A stretch of DNA of 13,701 nucleotides from Zygophlyctis sp. KS116. Its lineage: Eukaryota > Fungi > Chytridiomycota. The stretch is taken from assembly GCA_054661495.1 (NCBI GenBank), contig BAAFSQ010000266.1, positions 1 to 13,701 of the forward strand. Direction: 5' to 3'. The first letter of the stretch is position 1. Each line of letters begins with the position of its first letter. Below the pieces are notes generated by a model. That model was given only the letters and a program-made list of their open reading frames with translations. It had not been told where the DNA came from and searched no databases. The position numbers and the translations under genes are program-made. Below are positions 1 through 8,362 of this stretch, in pieces.

Positions 1-683
1 CTGGCGATATTGTTGATAGAGGTCCAGACGCTAAAGATTTGTATCTTTTACTGATCAAACTCTCTAAACAAGCATTAAAAGCTGGAGGTAAAGTCATTCA
101 ACTATTGGGAAATCATGAAATTATGAATCTTGTTAATAATTGGAATTATGTAACTGATGATGATATTGAGCAATTTGGAGGGGTTCAAGCTAGATTAGAT
201 GCATGGGATAGAGATTCAGGATGGCTAGGAAAGTATTTAATGACTTTAAATGTCACGGCAATTGTAAATTCAACTGTATTTGTACATGGTGGAATACATC
301 CTGAATGGGCTTCAGACTTTGGATTAGAAAAACTTAATTCTGTGACACGATCATTATTGGCTATTAAAACAAATTCTGAATTAAAAGGTGAATATTTCTT
401 ATTTTCACCAGATTCTCCAACCTGGTATAGAGGATATGCACAATTATCAGAGAATGAAATTTGTCCTTTATTAGAAACTACTTTAAAACTCTTAAAAGTA
501 GAAAGAATGGTGGTCGGACATACACCGCAAGGATCAGGGAAAATTTTATCAAGATGTAATGGTAGATTTATAGATATTGATGTTGGAATATCTAAAGTTT
601 ATGGTCGGCATCAAGCAGCACTGGAGATTTATCCGGATCGTGTAGTTGCCTTGTATCCAGAGTACTCTATAAGAATATATTAA
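1..683 (+). CDS. Calcineurin-like metallophosphoesterase, Shewanella-like phosphatase (SLP/Shelph) type; 5' partial
   Basis: Frame is open from nt 3 and reads GDIVDRGPD, then LGNHE, FVHGG, MVVGHTPQ and IDVGIS (bacterial-like PPP signature). Stop TAA at 681-683. The N-terminal DxH motif lies outside the window. Confidence 0.92.
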   Translation, partial: GDIVDRGPDAKDLYLLLIKLSKQALKAGGKVIQLLGNHEIMNLVNNWNYVTDDDIEQFGGVQARLDAWDRDSGWLGKYLMTLNVTAIVNSTVFVHGGIHPEWASDFGLEKLNSVTRSLLAIKTNSELKGEYFLFSPDSPTWYRGYAQLSENEICPLLETTLKLLKVERMVVGHTPQGSGKILSRCNGRFIDIDVGISKVYGRHQAALEIYPDRVVALYPEYSIRIY

Positions 684-761
684 ATTAAGTACAATTGTTT
701 AGGATTTTATTTGGGATATATATGCAGGTCTCACCACTACAGTATATATGAGGGTGGTTTT

Positions 762-802
762 AATCATGGCGTTCCAATCATAAATCACGGCGTTCCGATC
801 AT
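762..802. repeat. Two 20-bp direct repeats (period 21) upstream of the 853 gene
   Basis: aatcatggcgttccaatcat (762-781) and aatcacggcgttccgatcat (783-802), 2 mismatches. Confidence 0.8.
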
Positions 803-824
803 GTGCGATTAGACCGCCGCTTTC

Positions 825-832
825 TATAAATA
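825..832 (+). promoter_or_regulatory. Putative TATA box
   Basis: TATAAATA 20 nt upstream of ATG 853, directly after a GC-rich patch. The AT-rich background makes this weak evidence. Confidence 0.4.
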
Positions 833-852
833 GTATTTACAAAGTTGTAATC

Positions 853-1995
853 ATGTCTCTTGGAAAATCTCTATTTTATTTAGCACTCTTTATGATCAAT
901 CCAAACGTCAACGCTGGTAGTAATGACGATGGGAAGATCTACTCATATACCTTTACAAAATTGAAATTTGGTCCAAATGCAGACTTTATTAACCATGGAG
1001 GAGTTACAGGGGAGCTCTTTAGTGAACCTCAAAAGGTCTCGTTTAATGATCATGTTCTCTTTGAAAACCAAAAAGTCGACAGACTTCTCGATTTAATAGT
1101 CACCAAAAATGCGATATCATATAGTTGTTCACAAGAAAATCCAGTTATAAAATACTCAAGAAATGGCAAAAGAAAGGATGGTAGTGGAATTGGTGGAGGG
1201 GGTACTTCCATGATCATATGTGATGGAACTGAAAGGATTGAAAATTACTTTGATGGGTTTGCTTTCAAATATAAATGTACTCGAAATGATGGAGATCATG
1301 GGCTGCAAAGTAACGCAACAAATTCGAAAAATGAGAGCATTTACCAATTTACCTTTACAACATTGAAATTTGCTCCAGATGGAAACTATATTCACCATGG
1401 GGGAGTGACTGGCGAGCTTTTTTTAGAGCCTCAAAAGGTCTCGTTTAATGATCATGTTCTCTTTGAAAACCAAAAAGTCGACAGACTTCTCGATTTAATA
1501 GTCACCAAAAATGCGATATCATATAGTTGTTCACAAGAAAATCCAGTTATAAAATACTCAAGAAATGGCAAAAGAAAGGATGGTAGTGGAATTGGTGGAG
1601 GGGGTTCTTCCATGATCATATGTGATGGAACTGAAAGGATTGAAAATTACTTTGATGGGTTTGCTTTCAAATATAACTGTACTAACAGTACTGATAATGC
1701 CAATGGAAGCTCAAGCAATCACAATGCTACCGGAAACAACAAAAGCAACAATGCTAACGGACACAATATTAACAATGTTAATGGAAACTCAAGCAATCAC
1801 AATGCTAACGGAATTTTCAACAATAGCAATGCTACTGGAAACTCCAACAACACTAACAATGCTAACGGGAACTCCCACAATAACAACAATCCTAACGGAA
1901 ACAACAGACAGAAGTCTGAAAGAAATCTCTACAAGATTGCTAACAATACTCAACAAAAAACGGATCGAATAGGAACAAACCGTCTGCAAAAGTAG
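853..1995 (+). CDS. Secreted hypothetical protein (380 aa): signal peptide, two tandem ~115-aa Cys-containing domains, Asn-rich tail
   Basis: Intronless ORF with a hydrophobic N-terminus (MSLGKSLFYLALFMINPNVNA). Internal repeat has a period of 134 aa, followed by a low-complexity N/G tail. Confidence 0.85.
   Translation: MSLGKSLFYLALFMINPNVNAGSNDDGKIYSYTFTKLKFGPNADFINHGGVTGELFSEPQKVSFNDHVLFENQKVDRLLDLIVTKNAISYSCSQENPVIKYSRNGKRKDGSGIGGGGTSMIICDGTERIENYFDGFAFKYKCTRNDGDHGLQSNATNSKNESIYQFTFTTLKFAPDGNYIHHGGVTGELFLEPQKVSFNDHVLFENQKVDRLLDLIVTKNAISYSCSQENPVIKYSRNGKRKDGSGIGGGGSSMIICDGTERIENYFDGFAFKYNCTNSTDNANGSSSNHNATGNNKSNNANGHNINNVNGNSSNHNANGIFNNSNATGNSNNTNNANGNSHNNNNPNGNNRQKSERNLYKIANNTQQKTDRIGTNRLQK
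937..1683 (+). repeat. Intragenic tandem duplication, period 402 nt (937-1281 / 1339-1683)
   Basis: 1027-1281 vs 1429-1683 differ at only 2 of 255 nt. 937-1026 vs 1339-1428 differ at about 20 of 90 nt. Confidence 0.95.
1696..1899 (+). repeat. Coding minisatellite, 8 units with core aatgctaacgga (NANG-like), period 24-30 nt
   Basis: Cores translate to NANG, NATG, NANG, NVNG, NANG, NATG, NANG, NPNG, separated by 4-6 Asn/Ser/His-rich residues. Confidence 0.85.
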
Positions 1996-2179
1996 CTTTT
2001 AGATCTTTAAACGATCAAGGCCGCGGCTATTTTTATCATATTGTTCATTTTCAAAAGTAAACACTTATATTCTCCAAGTCTCATTGAGTTTTGAGATTAC
2101 ATTTTACGAGTAGACTTTTAAAATTCGTGGTAGTCATGGTTAAACACACAATATAAATTAAGTTTTCCTTTCCGATAAA

Positions 2180-2762
2180 ATGAGACAAGTGAGCATCATC
2201 GTCATGGGAAATGGTGGAGTTGGGAAATCTGCATTAGTAAGCTCTTATAGAATAATAGTAGTCGATGCGATTTCTACAAAATCTGTTTATTAAAGTGTAT
2301 GATCCAACGATTGAAGACACTTATTCTAAAATTATAACTGTTGAAAATGAAGAAATTCAAACACAAATTATAGATTCTGCAGGCACTGAACAATTTAGTG
2401 CAATGAGAGATTTATACTTCAAAGATGGTCACGGTTTTCTATTAGTATATTCTATAACTTGTCCATCTTCATTTAATGAAATCAAGCAATTATATCATGA
2501 AATCATAAGAGCTAAAGGGACAGTCAATGTTCCCATTTTTATTGTGGGGAATAAATGCGATTTACAAGATCAGAGGTTGATCTCTGAATCGCAAGGCTTA
2601 GATCTTTCAAATAAATTCAATTGCGGATGGAAGGAAACATCAGCTAAAAATATTATAAACATTAATGAACCGTTTATTGAATTAGTAAGACAGATTTCTC
2701 TTTCACATAAATCGATAACACGACCAATAAAGCATTGTATACTTTTGTATTCAATCGTATGA
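2180..2762 (+). CDS. RSR1: Ras-family small GTPase, Rap/Rsr1 (Bud1) type; join(2180..2236,2262..2762), 185 aa
   Basis: Removing the 25-nt intron 2237-2261 (gtaagc...tagtag) restores MRQVSIIVMGNGGVGKSAL-SMRF. Motifs: YDPTIEDTY, DSAGTEQF (Thr61, a Rap hallmark), NKCD, ETSAK. Exact orthology is uncertain. Confidence 0.9.
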
Positions 2763-3123
2763 CTGATTCCATATTTATTACTCCAAAACAAGACAATTAT
2801 AATTATAATCTTGTTTTCCTTTTTGCAATTCCATTCTAAAAATCGGACAAATCCAGCCCGATCAAACAATTGGTCAAGATCTTAAAATCTGATTTTGTCA
2901 TACAATTGAATGGATTTTGTAGCACATATCTTGACCTCTGGGCATTCTTCTAATAGTAGTTTCATCAGACCAGATTGTAGTTCGACTGCACGTTCCATAT
3001 ATTTCTCTTTCCTGGCCATGTTTCTGCTTGATATAAGTGGTTTCCTTAATAAGTTAACAACAACCAATTCATTTTGCAGTAAATAGCGATTAATTGTCGA
3101 AGCTGATGTCAAGTTTCTAACAC

Positions 3124-4095
3124 TTATCTGAGGTTAACAGCTCCCTTATTAAATTCTATTTTAAACTTTTTTGGTGCCTGGTTATCCTCATAATAACGCC
3201 ATCCAGTTGGATACACACAAACCAATCCAAGTTTATGAGCTCTTTCACGAGCATTAGGGGGGAAGGATGTACCACATGCAACTCCAACAACCTTATTTAT
3301 ACCCATTAAAAACTCTTCTTGAGCATGTTTCTGAAATTGTTCCTTGAACGTTTTCAGTTTTTCAAGAATATTTAGTACTTTGATAACACACATGATGTGT
3401 TTTGCTTCGCATAGATACAAAACGTCATCCACTTTGAAAATTGCATCCCATTCTTGCAAAACTTTACCATCGAGTCCATGCACTTTAGTATGCATCTCAG
3501 TTGCATCGAACCCAAGATGCATATGTAAATGATATTTCATAGCCCGCTTAACCGGTGTATGCATAGAATTAAGATTAAAACGCTCCCCAAAACCGGAAAA
3601 AGATTGTTTAAACCGTGAATAGACGCTATACTTTTCCATCTCTTTCAGTTGATTGAACTTTGTAAGTAGTTTTTTAGGTTCGGTGTTGATGAAAAGTGCT
3701 GACCCCCTGCCCATAAATAATTTCTGCAAATCAGCATCATTTTCTATCACTCTTTTCTCAAAGGATCTACAATCTGTATATCTTAAAAATATAGTTTTTG
3801 GCCTATTTGAGTGAATGAGTTTAACAAACAATGGAGACTCGTCACTATTGTTCCTGAGGTCGTTTTTAAGAAGTTCTTTGATTACAAGACCGGGACGCAG
3901 CGCTTCCTTGTCCAGAGAAGTAAAAAGAGCAACTTGAAATTTCGTATTGAGCTCTTGTCCGACCTTTTCAGCAACATCGTCAATATTAGAACATCCATCG
4001 ATTGGAACTTTGATAGACGGACTTCCATGATGCTTTATCCATAATTTCAACGGATATTGAGTAGAATAGTATCTCAGCAAACGGTTATAATGCAT
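3124..4095 (-). CDS. Crinkler/CR-type protein: N-terminal ubiquitin-like header domain(s) + C-terminal PD-(D/E)xK (REase-fold) nuclease, 323 aa
   Basis: Intronless. Header LWIKHHGSPSIKVPIDGCSNIDDVAEKV...ALRPG...NSDESPLFVK resembles CRN-type Ubl headers. C-terminal QEWDAIF...LYLCEAKH matches the REase D...ExK motif. Confidence 0.72.
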   Translation of the reverse strand: MHYNRLLRYYSTQYPLKLWIKHHGSPSIKVPIDGCSNIDDVAEKVGQELNTKFQVALFTSLDKEALRPGLVIKELLKNDLRNNSDESPLFVKLIHSNRPKTIFLRYTDCRSFEKRVIENDADLQKLFMGRGSALFINTEPKKLLTKFNQLKEMEKYSVYSRFKQSFSGFGERFNLNSMHTPVKRAMKYHLHMHLGFDATEMHTKVHGLDGKVLQEWDAIFKVDDVLYLCEAKHIMCVIKVLNILEKLKTFKEQFQKHAQEEFLMGINKVVGVACGTSFPPNARERAHKLGLVCVYPTGWRYYEDNQAPKKFKIEFNKGAVNLR

Positions 4096-4409
4096 TTTAC
4101 TTGGGAGAAATTGCAGTTTTTTTTTTGATACTGGAAAAGGTCTATGAGCGTCGCATTGAAAACAGGCCTTTTATGTTTCCATTTACAGATATCTATCATA
4201 GATAATAGTGTCTGATACACTAAATGCGACCGTTGCACTAAAGTTGGTTGCGTTTGCCGGTGTTGCGCTTGTTTCCATTGATTGACTGAAAAAGGGAGAC
4301 ATTAGGATGTCTTAATCTACATAGCTTTGGGAAAATAAAATCTTTTTCTTGTCCGATTCCCTTTTTACAATCACTTTTGAGCGCCCTGAGAATTTTAGTA
4401 AAAAAACAA

Positions 4410-5930
4410 ATGCAACAAGTGAATGCAATCATGGATTTCTTAAAGGACAAGAGAGTCTGGTGGGAGTATCATAATAATTCATTTTTGGGGGAGAATGGCT
4501 TTTGGGATCTGCATTTTCCTCAAGAATGGAAAGATCCATTGTTGACTCTGGATCAGATGGATTTATTGGACTTGGCTTCATTTGGGACTGAATCTAAAGT
4601 ATTTAATGTAAATTTTAAAAATTTAAAAATAGAAAAATTGGCCTGAATCTCTTACTAATTTTATCCAGCAGTGCTATGCATTGCCTTTAAATAGAGATCT
4701 CTGCGGCGACAGCTTAGGGCTAACAAGTAAATCAATTCACCCTAAATTTAGAATTGAATTTGAAGAATACAATGCAATTGTCTAGAGGAATGTCACCAAA
4801 GAAATTACATGAAGTGGAATCTCTAGGTATTTTTTTCTAATTTATAAATTTTAAGCTGCTCTTGTAAATCATGCATGTCAAGAATCAAACATAAATTTAG
4901 TTTTAGATTTAGGTGCAGGGCAGGGATATTTAGACCTGGCTCTGGCCTATGGTTATGGTAAAACAGTTATCGGAGTTGATGATGATACTATACAGACTCA
5001 TGGTGCGCATAAACGGTCTGTAAAGGCTCTTAGGTTTAAAAGAGATCATAAAATAGGTTCTCTACATTACATAAATAGGAGGATTCATGTCTCGGAATCA
5101 TTTGATTCTTTACTCAATGAATGTTTTCGGACAAAACAAGTTGAAATTCAAAATAAGAATTGGTTATTATGTGGATTGCATACTTGTGGTGATTTGTCTC
5201 CTGCTAGTATTCGTCATTTTTTAGATTCAGATGCTTCAGTTTTAGTAAATGTGTCTTGCTGCTATAATAGACTCACAGAAACGGTACCTCTGGGATACAA
5301 GGATGAACCGAAATTTGAAGAGAATCCAGGATTTCCAATGAGTGGTAATTACTTTAAGAATTTAATTTCAGATTATCTTAAATCATCAAAGATCTATATT
5401 GGCCATTCTGGTCGTTCAACTGCTTGTCAATGTACAATGTAAATAACTTGAATTTATTTTTTAGACGTTGGGCAACTGATCTTGATTCTCTAGATGTATT
5501 TGATCGTCATTTCTATAGAGCTTTATTTCAAAGAGTTGTTATTGATTTCAAGTTATTGGGTGATATTCCAGAAAAAGATATTATCGTTGGACATTTGAGC
5601 CATGGTTCAAAGAATAAAGGCTGGCTAGCTTATTGTTCTTCTATTTTTAAAAAATGGAAGATAGAGGGTCCATCAGATGAAATATTAATGGAGTATTTAG
5701 ACCGCTATAAAAATCTCAAAATACAAGTCTCAATCATTTGGACCATAAGAGCAATGTTGGCTGCATGTCTTGAATCATTGATTTTATTGGATAGATTGAT
5801 ATTCTTGGAAGAATGGAGTAAGCAAAATAATTGTCAATTAAATGTGGAGCTATTGCCTATATTTGATCCCATCATATCTCCAAGAAATATGGCACTCATC
5901 GTCTCAAAACTTGAATCAACTGACCGGTAG
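4410..5930 (+). CDS. METTL25: METTL25/RRNAD1-family SAM-dependent methyltransferase; join(4410..4607,4633..4726,4752..4826,4856..5344,5372..5438,5465..5930), ~462 aa
   Basis: Spliced protein contains WPESL, GMSPKKLHEV, VLDLGAGQGYL, GLHTCGDLS, CCYN, LESLILLDRLIFLEE and IFDPIISPRN. Five GT-AG introns of 25, 25, 29, 27 and 26 nt. Intron 1 has an alternative in-frame donor at 4599. Confidence 0.9.
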
Positions 5931-6108
5931 AGGTATTACTGTATTTTTACCATGGTATTTTCGAGTGAAATAATCAGGCTAAATATTCTTCCATTCATGG
6001 ATATTGCCACACGGAACCTTCCAATGATATTTATAGGACAAATACGCTTAGTGATTCATAAATATGAGGCGGATCGACGAGATGGGCTGACCATCAATAA
6101 ATCAACAA

Positions 6109-7535
6109 ATGAAAACTAAAGGGTTATTTCTTAACCGATTCAATCTGATCAGAGAGCTTGGAGAAGGTTCTTATGGCACAGTTGTCTTAGCAGAGGACAT
6201 TATGAATGAAGACCTTGTTGCTCTTAAAGTTATTCAAAAATCATCAATTTTAAAAATGGCTCACATTAATAGACTCAGAAGAGAGATCAATCTTCTCAGG
6301 CTTCTCAAACATCCAAATGTTGTCCGTCTTTTTGAAGTCATTGTAAGTATATTGTTTATCTGAAATTCAAGGAAACTTTTGATCAGTTGATTTTAGTCAT
6401 GGAATATGTAAATGGGGGGGATTTGTTCGATCTGATCATTGAATCAAAAAGACTGGATGAAAAATTGGCCAGAAAAATATTTCGACAGTTATTTTCAGCA
6501 ATAATGTATTGCCATCATAATATGATGGTGCACAGAGATCTTAAACCTGAAAACTTGCTTCTTGATGAAAATCAAAATCTTAAAATCATTGATTTTGGAT
6601 TTGTCAGGACTTATTCAAAAGATCCTAATTTAACTTTAAAAACTTACTGTGGGTCATTATATTATTGTGCGCCGGAAATGCTGGATGGTACTCCATACCC
6701 AGGTCCATCATCAGATATTTGGAGCTTGGGAGTTATTTTGTATGTTCTGATTAATGGATACTTGCCTTTTAGAGAGACTCAGCTCCCAAAACTGTATGAG
6801 TCTTTGAGAGCCGCAAAGTATGATAGAGGGGAACATTCATCTCCAGGTAAATATTACTTTACTTAATTCAAAGAATGTAATCGACTTATTGAACGAATGA
6901 TTGTTTCAAATCCAGTAGAGAGAATGAGTCTTCAAGATTTAGCAAACGACCCCTGGCTTAATGAAGGATATGACTCAACACCATCCCCATTTTCAGAGTT
7001 AAACAATGACTTGCTCAGATTCAGAGAACAAGTTTCAAAAAAGATTGAAATTCTAGAAAGTCAGGAAGATTCATTAGAACAGGAATTTAAAGAAAACGGA
7101 CTAAAGATTTTGTCTCTGATAATCCCTGTTAGAGATGAAGACATACCCTTGGTGCTGGACAAGGTTGTACGTCGAGCTAGAAGTGAAATATATGAATACC
7201 AATCTGAACCTGTCCCAAAACTATCAGACTTGATTTATCAAGTTGAACCACAGATTCCGAATACTCTGGAAGAAGAAATGGAAAACAATTCAATAGCTTT
7301 AATAGAGGAAAATGAAGCAAATCGCAGAGAATATTGTAGCTGCCCTGTCAGAACAGAGTCATCTAAAAACAGTAGAGAAGAATTTCACATGAATATTGAT
7401 CAAGGAAAAATGAAGGGAAATAACTGGAAACGTAGAATATCAAATTGGTTTCAAAAAGTTGATTCTGTTGCATCTGGATCCGAATCTACTGCTATCAAAA
7501 CCAAGAGAAGATTCTCTTTTTTCCTAAAAAACTAA
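6109..7535 (+). CDS. Ser/Thr protein kinase, CAMK group (AMPK/MARK/Kin1-like); join(6109..6342,6372..6846,6874..7535), 456 aa
   Basis: Motifs GEGSYG, VALK, HRDLKPEN, DFG, TYCGSLYYCAPE, DIWSLG. Introns 6343-6371 (29 nt) and 6847-6873 (27 nt) restore FEVI-ETF and SSPECNRLIERM. Confidence 0.95.
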
Positions 7536-7634
7536 GAGAATCATGACTTTAATAGTCATTGTATTTATTTATACTTTAAGAAACCCAAATATATCTCTTA
7601 AATTTCTATTATTAGATTTCTCCTAAAAATAAAA

Positions 7635-8303
7635 ATGCTTGCTACTTCAATCTCTATTCTTCTACTTTCTTCAATTGTCTCTGCCCAAGGAGCATGTGGA
7701 AATGATATCGACTGTCTTTCCAAATTGTCCCAGTATGTAGTTGTTGGTACTGTTTTATCAAACACTAAGAATGATCCCAATTCATCTCCTACTAATTACT
7801 CTGCATCTATCAATGTAAAGTGTGCTTTCCTTAGTTTCTCTTCTACTGGTCCTGATCGAGGTGACAATCTTATTGGAAATTCAATTTCTGTGTCTAAATT
7901 TGGAGGAAGTAACAAGTGCCCACCTGGTTTTAGTGATGCAACCGTTGGATCTACCCAAATCTTCTTTATAGCTGTCGAGTATGTTTTCTTAGAATATTAA
8001 CTTTATAGAACTTTAAGACCGGCAATTGGAGCTCGCATTAATTATCAAGTTGTTGACATTTGTATCGGAGGTCTGGAAACTAGTTCTTCCAATCTTCAAT
8101 CAATTGGAAAGTTAATGTCTGAATATTCTGACAAGGTTATTCCTTTGGAAAATAGAGGAAATGATCCTATCTGTGCTTCTGTTCCGACGAATACGAATAG
8201 TACTCAATCTACTCCAACGTCTAGAAATGAACCAGACTCTGCATCATCTATCGCAATCACATTTGCATTACAAATCCTTGTTTTGTTATTTGTATTGCAA
8301 TAA
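7635..8303 (+). CDS. Secreted, probably GPI-anchored NtA/TIMP-like OB-fold protein, paralog A; join(7635..7978,8009..8303), 212 aa
   Basis: Signal peptide ending VSA-Q, 6 Cys shared with paralog B, Ser/Thr stalk and hydrophobic C-terminus. 30-nt intron 7979-8008 sits at the same position as in paralog B. Confidence 0.85.
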
Positions 8304-8315
8304 AGCTGTTTTACT

Positions 8316-8348
8316 ACGTCATAGACTTCCCACGTCAATGTCTGACGT
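8316..8348. promoter_or_regulatory. Cluster of three ACGTCA (CRE/ATF-like bZIP) motifs
   Basis: acgtca 8316-8321, acgtca 8332-8337 and tgacgt 8343-8348, within a 59-nt intergenic spacer. Confidence 0.5.
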
Positions 8349-8362
8349 TTTGTTTGTTGACA

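Noticed and set aside
735-742. CACTACAG, a possible CACTA transposon terminus
   Set aside because: No matching inverted end or TSD found in the window.
1622-1989. Alternative-frame and antisense ORFs (1622..1972, 1789..1989, also 1156..1398)
   Set aside because: Shadows of the repetitive AAC/AAT-rich coding sequence of the 853 gene.
2882-3112. 76-aa minus-strand ORF just downstream of the CRN-like gene
   Set aside because: Non-ATG start and no recognisable motif. It could be a gene relic, but I cannot support that.
4150-4230. tRNA gene call for the cloverleaf-like element
   Set aside because: No TTC T-loop, no D-loop GG or A box, and the central palindrome has a 1-nt loop. Kept only as an unexplained structure.
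4231-4290. Repeated GTTGC/GTTTCCAT, possible RFX X-box half sites
   Set aside because: No complete palindromic X-box, and the matches are too short to support.
5997-6119. Upstream ATG ORFs before the kinase (5997 and 6064)
   Set aside because: 5997 is out of frame and 6064 hits TGA. No convincing intron links them to the kinase; they might be uORFs but this is unsupported.
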